From a virus (Duplodnaviria > Heunggongvirae > Uroviricota > Caudoviricetes): 64,000 bases of DNA. The position numbers and the translations under genes are program-made. Below the pieces are notes generated by a model, which ran no database searches, was not told where the DNA came from, and was given only the letters and a program-made list of their open reading frames with translations. Shown one piece after another: positions 48,689 to 58,615 of this stretch (position 1 is its first letter; the number at the start of each line of letters is the position of its first letter). The stretch lies in the IMG/VR virus record IMGVR_UViG_3300042564_000253; one strand, written 5' to 3'.

Positions 48689-50641
48689 ATGAATGTACTA
48701 ATCTATGATATTGAAACACTGAAAGAACTGTTTCTTATTGTTATATACAATCCAGAGAGTGATGTAACATACGAGTTTCAGGTGAGTAGGTGGACCAATC
48801 AATTAGATGGATTCATTAGATTCACTGAACAACACGATGAGCATTATTGGGTGGGCTACAACAACTTACGCTTTGATAGTCAGGTTGTTGAGCATATAAT
48901 TAGGAACTATGAGAATTGGCATGAGTTGAGTGGACTAGAGATATGTGCTATGATAGCACAGAAAGCTGCAGACACAATACATGATGCTAATTATGATGTA
49001 TTCCCTGAATATAGAGAGGAATGGTTATCACTAAAACAGTTAGACCTATTCAAGATTAATCATTATGATAACAAGAATAGAATGGTCTCACTAAAAAGGT
49101 TAGAGTTTGAGATGGATCTGGAGAACATTGAAGAGATGCCCATCCATCATACTAAAGAGAACATGACTCAGGATGATATATCTATAACAATAGACTACTG
49201 TCGTAATGATGTTATGGCTACGTATGAATTCTATAAGGTAACAACAGGTAACACTAACCATCCACTATACAAGGGTAATAATCAGATAGAGCTTAGACAA
49301 GATATATACGAAGAGTTTGGCATTCCATGCTTAAACTATTCAGATAGTAAGATTGGTGATGAGATGATTAAGAAATACTATTGCCAAGAGAAAGGTATAC
49401 AGTATTCTGATCTACCAAAGAAAGGACTATTTAGAACTGAAGTTAAGGTGAGAGATTGTATTGCTGATTACATATCATTCCAGACACCAGAGCTGCAAGC
49501 ATTCTTAAAGAAGGTTAGTAGGGAGCGTTTGACAATGAAGGATGAGTTCAAAGAATCATTAATGTTTTATGAAAATATATACACGTTTGCCAAAGGTGGC
49601 TTACATACAGAAAATAAACCCAAAGTATTTGAAGCTGATGATGACAACATTATTGTTGATTGGGATGTTAGCTCTTACTATCCAGCTATTATTATTAATA
49701 ATGGCAGATATCCTGGTCATTTGGGTAAAGAGTTTCTTTTAGGATATAGGGCTATGTTTGAGAAAAGACTTGAACTAAAGCCATTAGCTAAGAAGGATAA
49801 GAAGATAGCAGGTATTGTTGGTGCATTAAAGCTTGCAGTTAACTCTGTGTATGGTAAGTCTAGTGATATGTTGTCTTGGATCTATGATAGACAACTAACT
49901 ATGTTCACCACTATTACAGGTGAATTGAGTCTTCTTATGCTCATCGAAGCATATGAATTAGCTGGTATACATGTTATATCTGCAAATACAGATGGTGTAA
50001 CTATTATGGTTAATAAATCACTAATAGATAAGATGCATGAGATAAACAAGTGGTGGATGAATATAACTAGCTATGAGCTTGAACGCACTGATTATCAAAA
50101 GATTATATTCTCTACAGTAAATGACTATTTAGCAATTAAAACCAATGGAGAAATTAAAAAGAAAGGAGATTTCCTTACTGACTTTGAGCTGCACAAAAAT
50201 AAGAGTGCTAGGATTGTACCTATTGCACTGGAGCAGTTTTTTGTTAATGATGTGCCTGTGGCTACCACTATTTGTAATCACACAAATATTTATGACTATT
50301 GTCTCAGACAGAAAGCTAGTAAAGACTTTCACTATGAAGGCCACTCGAAAGAAAACAGAACAGTCTACAATAAACTTATCAGATATTATGTAAGTAATAC
50401 AGGAGAGAAGTTATTGAAGGTTAAGAATGAGAATTCAGATAGCACAGCTGTTGATGTATCACAAGTGGAAGCAGGTGAATGGGTGATGAAAGTATGTAAT
50501 CATCTATTACCAGATCATCCTCTGGATAACATCAATCATGCATATTATATAGAGCGTGCTGAGAGAATCATGCACAAAATACAGTATGAAGGTAGAAAGC
50601 GTAAAATTATTATTAATCCAAATCAATTAAATTTATTCTAA
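48689..50641 (+). CDS. Family B DNA polymerase with a 3'-5' exonuclease domain, compact at 650 aa.
   Basis: Exo I YDIET, Exo II YNNLRFDSQVV, Exo III YCRNDVMATY, PolB motif A DVSSYYPAII, motif B KLAVNSVYGK, motif C region ISANTDGVTI. Confidence 0.8.
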   Translation: MNVLIYDIETLKELFLIVIYNPESDVTYEFQVSRWTNQLDGFIRFTEQHDEHYWVGYNNLRFDSQVVEHIIRNYENWHELSGLEICAMIAQKAADTIHDANYDVFPEYREEWLSLKQLDLFKINHYDNKNRMVSLKRLEFEMDLENIEEMPIHHTKENMTQDDISITIDYCRNDVMATYEFYKVTTGNTNHPLYKGNNQIELRQDIYEEFGIPCLNYSDSKIGDEMIKKYYCQEKGIQYSDLPKKGLFRTEVKVRDCIADYISFQTPELQAFLKKVSRERLTMKDEFKESLMFYENIYTFAKGGLHTENKPKVFEADDDNIIVDWDVSSYYPAIIINNGRYPGHLGKEFLLGYRAMFEKRLELKPLAKKDKKIAGIVGALKLAVNSVYGKSSDMLSWIYDRQLTMFTTITGELSLLMLIEAYELAGIHVISANTDGVTIMVNKSLIDKMHEINKWWMNITSYELERTDYQKIIFSTVNDYLAIKTNGEIKKKGDFLTDFELHKNKSARIVPIALEQFFVNDVPVATTICNHTNIYDYCLRQKASKDFHYEGHSKENRTVYNKLIRYYVSNTGEKLLKVKNENSDSTAVDVSQVEAGEWVMKVCNHLLPDHPLDNINHAYYIERAERIMHKIQYEGRKRKIIINPNQLNLF

Positions 50642-50829
50642 TGGACAATAAACATAAAGCAGCAGAATTAGTATTGGAATTCCTACCAATTGTAGGACAA
50701 GATCCATATACAGGTATAGATGTAGCTAAAAAGTGTGGTAAAGCAGCTGCAAAGCTATTAATGAAAGCACAACAAGAAGGAGATACGTATGACTACGATG
50801 AAATAGTTAAACTTATAGACACATTCTAA
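50641..50829 (+). CDS. Small hypothetical protein, 62 aa.
   Basis: ORF coupled through ATGs overlapping the neighbouring stops. Confidence 0.4.
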   Translation: MDNKHKAAELVLEFLPIVGQDPYTGIDVAKKCGKAAAKLLMKAQQEGDTYDYDEIVKLIDTF

Positions 50830-51083
50830 TGGCAAAGATAAATAGAGAAAACATAGGCGATCATCTTGTTAGTTATCAACTAGAAATGGTTGGTAAGTCT
50901 ATGCAAGAAGCATATATGACAAAAGAGTGGTACAGCAAATGGACTATGACTCAAGAACAACATGATCAGTTCAAAGCATACGCTATACCATTAATGAAAA
51001 AAGTATTTAAAATAAACAAAGCAAGAGCTGAAGCAAACTTTCAATGGTTTGATTTAGAGTTTGGCTTACGTATTAAAGATTAA
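50829..51083 (+). CDS. Small hypothetical protein, 84 aa.
   Basis: ORF. Confidence 0.4.
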   Translation: MAKINRENIGDHLVSYQLEMVGKSMQEAYMTKEWYSKWTMTQEQHDQFKAYAIPLMKKVFKINKARAEANFQWFDLEFGLRIKD

Positions 51084-51094
51084 AAAACACAATT

Positions 51095-51646
51095 ATGGGA
51101 GCAAGTTGGTTTGAAATGACAGCATATGGTAAAACATTATCAGATGCATATACTAATGCTGTTGCAGAAGCAGAAGTAGAATCAGGAAATGATTCATATA
51201 ATGGTACAATTAGTACAACACATCAATGTTCAGATCTTACAGATCAATTTAGAAGAAGTAAAAAAAGCTTTGATGAGTATGTAAAGATGCAAGTAGATAA
51301 GCTTAGCAAAAGAGACTGTGCTGGCATATGTATATTAGATCCAATTGTTAATAAGAACAAGACAAAGTCTCAAGTGGAGCATGTAGTTACACCAGGTACG
51401 AAGAAATGGGTACTTAAATATGAAGTGGAAAAGTATTTTGAAGATGGAGTGATTGCTTCATGCATGACCAAAGGTGAGGCTGTTAAAATGGCTAGAGCAT
51501 ATACAGAAAAGAATCAACAGTCTACAAGAATTGTAATGCGTAAGGTGTTAATCAAATTTGATCCAACAGTAGCTAAGATAACATACAAGAAGTCTACAAC
51601 AGAGAGAGCAGGTAAATACATACTCTTTGGTTGGGCTGCAGAATAA
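51095..51646 (+). CDS. Hypothetical protein, 183 aa.
   Basis: ORF. Confidence 0.45.
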   Translation: MGASWFEMTAYGKTLSDAYTNAVAEAEVESGNDSYNGTISTTHQCSDLTDQFRRSKKSFDEYVKMQVDKLSKRDCAGICILDPIVNKNKTKSQVEHVVTPGTKKWVLKYEVEKYFEDGVIASCMTKGEAVKMARAYTEKNQQSTRIVMRKVLIKFDPTVAKITYKKSTTERAGKYILFGWAAE

Positions 51647-51663
51647 CAATTAAAATTAAAAAT

Positions 51664-51891
51664 ATGCCAGACATTTCAATGTGCAAAGGTGGTAGTTGTC
51701 TATTAAGACTGAACTGCCACAGATATACAGCTAAAGCTGAAGAGATGGGACAATCATTTTTCTCAGAGCCTCCATATAAAATTGAATTCATGTTTGATGA
51801 ACATCATAATGGTTTTGGTGTTGCAACAGTAGGGTGTCCTTATTTTTGGAACAACAAAGAATACAAAGATGAAAAACCTAAAAATAATTGA
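51664..51891 (+). CDS. Small Cys-containing protein, about 75 aa.
   Basis: Internal Met of listed ORF 51631..51891. Cys residues at CKGGSC..C...C. Confidence 0.35.
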   Translation: MPDISMCKGGSCLLRLNCHRYTAKAEEMGQSFFSEPPYKIEFMFDEHHNGFGVATVGCPYFWNNKEYKDEKPKNN

Positions 51892-52069
51892 GGATTGGGA
51901 GAGAGAATATCTCAAGGATTTCATATATTTGCATGAACAGGGACAGGAGTGGAACGAAGCAATTCAGAAAGAATTAAATCAGAAACAACCTGCTCGTATT
52001 GACGTAATAGACACAGACAAAATCCTAGAGAAACATAATGAACCTCACGCTAACGTTCTCCCATTTTAA
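51869..52069 (+). CDS. Small hypothetical protein, 66 aa.
   Basis: ORF. Confidence 0.35.
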   Translation: MKNLKIIEDWEREYLKDFIYLHEQGQEWNEAIQKELNQKQPARIDVIDTDKILEKHNEPHANVLPF

Positions 52070-52664
52070 GGAGCTGACTAAAGCTGGCTACAGCTTAGAC
52101 ATGTTATGCTTCATAACACTTGTTCAAGAAGGCAATGATGTAGATGAAATGTGTACAGATGATAGTAAGATGAAAATGTTACATCAAACTGTACGCAGAA
52201 AAGGTCTATTGTCAGAGTCAAATAAGATTACTATCATAGGTAATGAAGTTTTGTCTTTTCTTAATGAGAAGATAGAGCAACCTAAGATAGTTAAGAAGAA
52301 GAAAACAGATTCTGACTTTGATAAGTGGTGGATGATGTACCCAGGTACTGACACCTTCACATATAAAAGTCAATCATTTACAGGTACACGTGGTATGCGT
52401 GTAAAGAAAGATGAGTGTAAAATCAAATTCGACAGCATTGTTGGAGAAGGCGAGTACAAACCTACAGAGCTCATAGCAGCATTAGAATACGAAATACTGC
52501 AGAAGAAAGAGAATTCAATTAAGACAAAAGTCAATAGACTTACATTTATGCAGAACAGTCTCACCTATCTCAACCAGAGGTCATTTGAACCATTCATTGA
52601 GTTGATAAGAGATGGTAAGACGATTAAAGAATCTGCTGAACCAATTAAAGGTATGGATATATGA
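52038..52664 (+). CDS. Hypothetical protein, 208 aa.
   Basis: ORF whose end overlaps the helicase start (ATGA). Confidence 0.45.
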   Translation: MNLTLTFSHFKELTKAGYSLDMLCFITLVQEGNDVDEMCTDDSKMKMLHQTVRRKGLLSESNKITIIGNEVLSFLNEKIEQPKIVKKKKTDSDFDKWWMMYPGTDTFTYKSQSFTGTRGMRVKKDECKIKFDSIVGEGEYKPTELIAALEYEILQKKENSIKTKVNRLTFMQNSLTYLNQRSFEPFIELIRDGKTIKESAEPIKGMDI

Positions 52665-53722
52665 GTTTTGAAGATTTAAAACGAGAAGTTCAAGCAGGCC
52701 TAGATGGTAGAAACAATGGTATACCAATGGGCTTTGAAAGATTGAACAGATATATTGGCATCAGAAAGTCTATGTACACACTGATAGGTGGCCTCACTGG
52801 ATCAGGTAAAACTAGCTTCTTAGATGATGCATATGTTTTAAATCCATTTGATTGGTTTATCAGTCAGAAGACTCCAGGTCTTAAGTTAAAGATCATATAC
52901 AGATCTATGGAACGTAGCAGAACATACAAATATGCTAAATGGGTTGCAAGAAAGATATTTCTAGACCAAGGTGTAATCATTCCTGTTCCCAAGCTATTAG
53001 GTTGGACAGAGAAGATGACTCCTGATGAGCATGATCTGTTCCTGATGTATGAGGATTACCTTGAAAGTATGAAAGAGGTAATTACAATTATGGATGGACC
53101 AGAGAATCCAATAGGTATAGCTAAGCATCTAAAAGACCACGCATTGGCTAATGGTACAATAGAAGAAGTAGATCAATACAATAAGAAGTACATTCCTAAT
53201 AATGAGAATGAAATCACTATTGTTGTTATTGACCATATAGGTTTATTAAAGCCAACTAAAGACTATCCTACAAAGAAACAGACAATTGACAAGATGTCTG
53301 ATGAGCTGAGATATGCTCGTGACATGTATGGATACAGTCCTGTAATTGTCAGTCAATTCAACAGAGACATAAACAATCCTATTAGGATCAAAAATGGTGA
53401 TGTAGAACCACAGCTAGAAGACTTTGCTGATAGTTCACAAACACAGAACGATGCTGATGTTGTCCTAGCATTGTTTGATCCCATGCGATATAAAGTAGCA
53501 GACCCTTCAGGATATGACCTGAACAGACTCAGAGATGAGTTTGGTGCTAAGTATTTCAGATCATTAAGACTAATTAAGAATAGTTATGGGGAAGATGATG
53601 TGAGGATTGGTTTGGGGTTCCTTGGCCAGATTGGTATGTTCAAAGAACTACCTAAGGTTAAGTATATGAATGAGAGTATATATAATGATATTATTAGTAA
53701 AACATTCTTTTTAAATAAATGA
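52661..53722 (+). CDS. DnaB-like replicative helicase (RecA-fold C-terminal domain), 353 aa.
   Basis: Walker A LIGGLTGSGKTSFL, Walker B IVVIDHIGLL, and an SQFNRD motif resembling DnaB SQLNR. Confidence 0.7.
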   Translation: MSFEDLKREVQAGLDGRNNGIPMGFERLNRYIGIRKSMYTLIGGLTGSGKTSFLDDAYVLNPFDWFISQKTPGLKLKIIYRSMERSRTYKYAKWVARKIFLDQGVIIPVPKLLGWTEKMTPDEHDLFLMYEDYLESMKEVITIMDGPENPIGIAKHLKDHALANGTIEEVDQYNKKYIPNNENEITIVVIDHIGLLKPTKDYPTKKQTIDKMSDELRYARDMYGYSPVIVSQFNRDINNPIRIKNGDVEPQLEDFADSSQTQNDADVVLALFDPMRYKVADPSGYDLNRLRDEFGAKYFRSLRLIKNSYGEDDVRIGLGFLGQIGMFKELPKVKYMNESIYNDIISKTFFLNK

Positions 53723-53894
53723 TAAATGAAGTTAAATTTTAAAGCATATAATACATTACCCAATGAAAAAAGTCATTGGTGGCAAGTGGTATTATTTCCA
53801 ACAGTATCTGTTATGAATAACATACAGAAACATGATCCATATGTAGCTCTAAATGTAGAGTATCTATTTTGGTCATTAACAACAATAATAAGCT

Positions 53895-54989
53895 ATGGCA
53901 AAAAGCAAGCCCACCCTTACGCTACGAGATAAGAGACAAGTAGAGTTTGCTGATGTATGGCTGAACAATGGTATGTTTGGTATATTAAACCTATGTCCTA
54001 GGTTTGGTAAAATCAATGTGTCCATTAATATATTAGAAAAACTGGACAAAGACATTAACATTCTCATAGCATATCCTGATCTTAAGATTAAGAATGCATG
54101 GGAAGAACATTTCTTGGCTAGGAAGTATAAGAATAGGAATATGACTTATACCACGCATTTGTCTCTAAAAAAGCACACAGCTGCCTTTTATGACATAGTA
54201 ATCCTAGATGAAGTACATTTACTGTCTGAGGCACAAATGGAGGCTGTAAAGGAGCTACAATGCACAAAGGTGTTAGGTCTAACAGGGACCTTATCATCAC
54301 ATACAGAACAAACATTGGGAACAGAGCTTGGACTATCTGTCTTAGCCACCTATTCCATAGAACAAGCAATTAAGGAGGGAGTCATATCTGACTATGAAAT
54401 CACAGTGGTAGGAGTACCATTAGATAACACAAAGCAGAATGACTACAAAGGTAAGTGGAAGACTGAAAAGACTCAGTTTGCTGCATATGGATGGGTTATA
54501 GATCAGCTAGAGAAGCAAGGTAAAGCAACCATGTTCTTACGTCTGGCTAGAATGAGACTCATTCAGAACAGTCTTGCTAAGCTTAATAAGACAAAAGAAC
54601 TATTAGTTAAGCACAAAGATGAGCGTGTACTAGTATTCTGTGGTGTCACAAAGGTAGCAGATGACCTAGGCATTCCTGTCTATCATAGCAAAGCAGGAGA
54701 CAAACAAGTATTTGATGACTTTGCATCTGGTGTTGGTAACCACCTGGCTGTCGTAAAGATAGGTAATACAGGTGTTACATATAAACCACTCAATAGGGTG
54801 ATTATCAATTACTTTGATAGTAATGGTGAGAATCTAGCACAAAAGATTAATAGGTGTATGGCTATGGAGTATAACAATCCAGAAAAGAAAGCCTATATAT
54901 ACATCATATCTTCTGTTGAAGACGTGGAAAGAAAGTGGCTTAGAAAAGCACTGGAATTCTTTGATAAAGACAAAATTAAATATGTATGA
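53895..54989 (+). CDS. Superfamily-2 (DEAD/DEAH-like) helicase, 364 aa.
   Basis: Motif II ILDEVHLL, motif III LGLTGTL, and a degenerate motif I PRFGKI. Confidence 0.55.
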   Translation: MAKSKPTLTLRDKRQVEFADVWLNNGMFGILNLCPRFGKINVSINILEKLDKDINILIAYPDLKIKNAWEEHFLARKYKNRNMTYTTHLSLKKHTAAFYDIVILDEVHLLSEAQMEAVKELQCTKVLGLTGTLSSHTEQTLGTELGLSVLATYSIEQAIKEGVISDYEITVVGVPLDNTKQNDYKGKWKTEKTQFAAYGWVIDQLEKQGKATMFLRLARMRLIQNSLAKLNKTKELLVKHKDERVLVFCGVTKVADDLGIPVYHSKAGDKQVFDDFASGVGNHLAVVKIGNTGVTYKPLNRVIINYFDSNGENLAQKINRCMAMEYNNPEKKAYIYIISSVEDVERKWLRKALEFFDKDKIKYV

Positions 54990-55204
54990 GCGACACAGTA
55001 AAAATTGAAATGGTTGAACAATTAGAACCATTTAGTGACAACCCTTGGTATGGTGTAAGAGTCAATGATAAAACAGTAAAATGGTGCAGAGATAAAGAGA
55101 CTGCACAAGCAATTTATGATGAAATAATTAGTGACCCAAGTGTACTAAAAACTAAGGAAAATATTTTGTATTCTCAAGATATTAGTGTACCTTTAGACAA
55201 ATAA
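54986..55204 (+). CDS. Small hypothetical protein, 72 aa.
   Basis: ORF overlapping the helicase stop (ATGA). Confidence 0.4.
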   Translation: MSDTVKIEMVEQLEPFSDNPWYGVRVNDKTVKWCRDKETAQAIYDEIISDPSVLKTKENILYSQDISVPLDK

Positions 55205-55217
55205 AATCAGTAAAAAC

Positions 55218-55889
55218 ATGGCAAGCAAATTAATTGGAATTGTTGGTGCTACAGGCACTGGCAAATCAACATCAGTAAAACATTTAGATCCAAAAGAAAC
55301 TTACATCATCAATGTTGCTAAAAAGGAATTACCTTTTAAAGGAGCAGAGAAATTGTACAATGCTGAGGCTAAAAATTACAAGGAAGTGGATGATGCTAAC
55401 GAGATTACACGTCTATTAAAGACTATCTCTGACAAGGCACCACACATTAAGAACATTATTATTGAAGACTCTAATTACATTATGGGTTTCAATATGTTAG
55501 CGAGAGCTACAGAAGTAGGATTCACCAAGTTTACCATTATGGCTAAAGATATGGTGGAACTATTCAGAGAAGCAAGACGTTTACGTGATGACTTAAAAGT
55601 GTTCTATTTCACACACCCAGAGACTATTGAAGACTCAGGTGAGATTATAGGATACAAGATTAAGACAGCAGGTAAGTTAATTGATAACCAAATTGTGTTA
55701 GAAGGTTTACTTACTATCTGTTTATATACACACGTAGAAGAAAGCAAAGATGGCACAGCCACGTATAACTTTGTAACTAACAGATTCAAGAAGTATCCAG
55801 CAAAGAGTCCTGATGGAATGTTTGCAGATATCAGAATACCTAACAACTTACAACAAGTAGTCAATTCAATTGATGAATATTACAATTAA
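55218..55889 (+). CDS. P-loop ATPase, 223 aa. Candidate Sak4/AAA_24-like recombination ATPase.
   Basis: Walker A GIVGATGTGKSTS and Walker B NIIIEDSN. The size and RecA-like layout are typical of phage Sak4. Confidence 0.5.
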   Translation: MASKLIGIVGATGTGKSTSVKHLDPKETYIINVAKKELPFKGAEKLYNAEAKNYKEVDDANEITRLLKTISDKAPHIKNIIIEDSNYIMGFNMLARATEVGFTKFTIMAKDMVELFREARRLRDDLKVFYFTHPETIEDSGEIIGYKIKTAGKLIDNQIVLEGLLTICLYTHVEESKDGTATYNFVTNRFKKYPAKSPDGMFADIRIPNNLQQVVNSIDEYYN

Positions 55890-55910
55890 TAACAAATAAA
55901 ATCAGTAAAA

Positions 55911-56786
55911 ATGAGTAACATTGGAGGAGAAAAAAGACAAAGCCCAACATTTGACGACAAAGAGTTTGTCAAGAAGGTTGGCCTATTCGAAGCAAAAGTA
56001 ATTGCAGTTAACCCTACAACAGAGGAATATGCTGATGTATTGGGAAGACAATTAAAAGAAGATAGCAAAGCTACAGAGTATTTAGGTACTAGTAAAGATG
56101 GTAATGCTAGATTGCGTTTAGACTTCTGGTTAGAAGAAGTTAAATCAAAAGAGAAATTCAAATTGACTTTCTTTATTGAGAACAAAGAGAAAGAGAACAA
56201 AGATCTTACAAAGAAACAATACATCAACAACATTGGACGTTGTACATGGGCTGACAGTCCAAACAACTTACCAACATGGTTCAAAGAAAGAGAGAATCGT
56301 GTAGCATTTGTAGGTGAGGAAGACCTTTACAATTTCTTACGCTCTTGGTTAAGTAACATTGACTTTAGCAGCAAGAAATCTACATTACAAGTGGAGTTTA
56401 ATAAGTTGATCAAGGGTAATGTTAAAGAACTTAAAGAGCAAATCAATGGTGAGTGGGCTACAAACATTGTAGCATTGGCCACTATCAATACAAAAGAAAC
56501 AGATGATGGTACAAAAGAGTTTCAGAATATTTATAACAAAGCATTCTTACCTCCATATAGCATCAAAGCATTTAGATTGTTAGATTACAATGCAGCTGGT
56601 ACTATCAGTGGATTACGTCAGAAGGCTTCTAAAGACCTTAAACCTCATGAGCGTTTTGTATTAAACGTAGTGGGTGAGTATGGTTGTAAAGACTACTTTA
56701 CATTTAAGGAATTGAAAGAGTATAGCTCTGAAGATAATTTAGTATCATCTGACAAGGTGATTTCTGAAGACGCAGGAGATTATTAG
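55911..56786 (+). CDS. Putative single-stranded DNA-binding protein, 291 aa.
   Basis: Acidic C-terminal tail ending in an aromatic residue (EDAGDY), as in T7 gp2.5 and SSB tails. It directly follows the Sak4-like ATPase and shares its leader. Confidence 0.35.
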   Translation: MSNIGGEKRQSPTFDDKEFVKKVGLFEAKVIAVNPTTEEYADVLGRQLKEDSKATEYLGTSKDGNARLRLDFWLEEVKSKEKFKLTFFIENKEKENKDLTKKQYINNIGRCTWADSPNNLPTWFKERENRVAFVGEEDLYNFLRSWLSNIDFSSKKSTLQVEFNKLIKGNVKELKEQINGEWATNIVALATINTKETDDGTKEFQNIYNKAFLPPYSIKAFRLLDYNAAGTISGLRQKASKDLKPHERFVLNVVGEYGCKDYFTFKELKEYSSEDNLVSSDKVISEDAGDY

Positions 56787-56810
56787 TATATACCCCTCTA
56801 AATAAGAAAA

Positions 56811-56834
56811 GACCTCACTATTGTGGGGTTTTTT
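56811..56834 (+). terminator. Rho-independent terminator.
   Basis: GACCUCAC-uauu-GUGGGGUU stem followed by UUUUUU. Confidence 0.65.
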
Positions 56835-56848
56835 CATTAACTTAAGTT

Positions 56849-57853
56849 ATGATTACTGGAGAAAGAAAGACAAAGATGTCTATAGAAGCTATTCTAAGTA
56901 GGATATCAGAGTATGATATATTTAGGTATTATATGCCTAATCAAGATTGGAAGATTAACAGAGTAACCTATTCTCCATTCAGGCATGAGAACAATCCATC
57001 ATTTATGATTGGTAACAAGATGGGCTATCTAATGTTTATAGACTATGCTGATACTAGTCTTCGTGGTGATTGTTTTAATTTTGTTCAGAAACTTCATAGC
57101 CTTCCTAGCGTCAGTGATACTTTGAAGATGATAGACAGAGACTTTGGTCTAGGTTTCTCTACAGGTATCATGACAGGAGAGTACAAGAAGATTATATCTG
57201 AATACAAACAGCCTGAGATAGAGAAGAGATATTCCCTGATTCAAGTCAAGACTAGAAAGTTCACTAATAGAGAACTTGAGTATTGGGCAGAGTATCACCA
57301 GGATCTCCAGGACCTCAGAGATAACAATGTGTATTCTATCAAAGAACTATATCTTAATAAGCAAAGGTTCCCATTAGGAGAAGACGAGCTTAGATTTGGT
57401 TACCTTTATGAAGGACAGTATTGGAAGATATATAGGCCATATGCTGATAAGAAGCATAAGTGGATGCCTAATAATGTTCCTATCACAGCAATGGATGGTA
57501 AAGAGAATATAAAAGACTGCAGCGTAGCATTCATCAACAAGAGTAAAAAAGACTTTATGGTGATGAAGAAGATATTCCCATGCAGCTGTGCTGTCCAGAA
57601 TGAAGGACTAGGATGTTTCTCACATGACAATGTAGAATATCTAAAAGCAAACTCTGATAGACAAATACTTAGCTTTGATGCTGATGATGTAGGTGTACAG
57701 AATTCTGTACAGATTACAAAGATGTTTGACTTTGACTATACTAACGTCCCACGTCAGTATCTAGCAGAAGGCATTAAAGATTGGGCAGATCTTGCAAAAG
57801 CCCATGGATTACAAGCAATTGAAGATTATTTAAAAAGTAAAAACCTGTTATAA
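56849..57853 (+). CDS. Putative DNA primase (TOPRIM-domain), 334 aa.
   Basis: ILSFDADDVG fits the TOPRIM DxD motif. It lies in the replication module next to the helicases. Confidence 0.45.
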   Translation: MITGERKTKMSIEAILSRISEYDIFRYYMPNQDWKINRVTYSPFRHENNPSFMIGNKMGYLMFIDYADTSLRGDCFNFVQKLHSLPSVSDTLKMIDRDFGLGFSTGIMTGEYKKIISEYKQPEIEKRYSLIQVKTRKFTNRELEYWAEYHQDLQDLRDNNVYSIKELYLNKQRFPLGEDELRFGYLYEGQYWKIYRPYADKKHKWMPNNVPITAMDGKENIKDCSVAFINKSKKDFMVMKKIFPCSCAVQNEGLGCFSHDNVEYLKANSDRQILSFDADDVGVQNSVQITKMFDFDYTNVPRQYLAEGIKDWADLAKAHGLQAIEDYLKSKNLL

Positions 57854-58614
57854 TGGATACATTTAACACCACAAAGGAACTGTTGATGAATACATCAGTT
57901 CCAGTACAAACACGTACATATAAACCAGTGAGTCATTCATCATTGATTGACCTTACACTAAACAGTATTGAGAAAGCAGGATTTGTCTTAGACAAAGAAA
58001 CTTATTCTTCAGCTAGAGATGGTAGTATTGCTAATGGTAGATTCTCTATCAGCAATGTAGCAGACAGTGAGATGCAATTGCAAATTGGTTGGCAGAATAG
58101 CTATGACAGAAGTATGAGCTTGAAGTTTGCTATTGGTACAAGAATTATGATATGCTCTAATGGTTGTGTATCAGGAGACTTTGGTGCCTTTAAGAAAAGA
58201 CACAAAGGTGACATCCAAGACTTCACACCAGGTGCTATCACTGATTACATCAAAGGTGCAGGTGAAGCGTTCGTTCTTATGCAAACTCAAAGAGAGTCTA
58301 TGAAGCAAATAGAAATCACTAAGCGTACCAAAGCTGAGTTAGTTGGTAGAATGATGCTAGAAGAGCAGTTCATTACATCTACACAGTTAAACATCATCAG
58401 TAGAGAGTTAAAAGCTCCTACACATGATTACAATGCTAAGGATAGTTTATGGGAGTTGTACAACTACACAACATTTGCTATGAAAGAGGCACACCCATCT
58501 CAATGGATGGAAAGTCATATACAAGCACATGCATTCTTCAATAACTATGCGTATGATCAATCAGCACCATGGGAATCAGAAGAAAAGGCATTTACACAAT
58601 TAGAAATATTTTAG
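57853..58614 (+). CDS. Hypothetical protein, 253 aa.
   Basis: ORF with an ATGG overlap to the upstream gene. Confidence 0.45.
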   Translation: MDTFNTTKELLMNTSVPVQTRTYKPVSHSSLIDLTLNSIEKAGFVLDKETYSSARDGSIANGRFSISNVADSEMQLQIGWQNSYDRSMSLKFAIGTRIMICSNGCVSGDFGAFKKRHKGDIQDFTPGAITDYIKGAGEAFVLMQTQRESMKQIEITKRTKAELVGRMMLEEQFITSTQLNIISRELKAPTHDYNAKDSLWELYNYTTFAMKEAHPSQWMESHIQAHAFFNNYAYDQSAPWESEEKAFTQLEIF

Positions 58615-58615
58615 T

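Noticed and set aside
48689-50641. Protein-primed (phi29-like) replication suggested by the compact PolB.
   Set aside because: The same module encodes a TOPRIM primase and a DnaB-like helicase and I recognise no terminal-protein gene. RNA-primed replication is more parsimonious.
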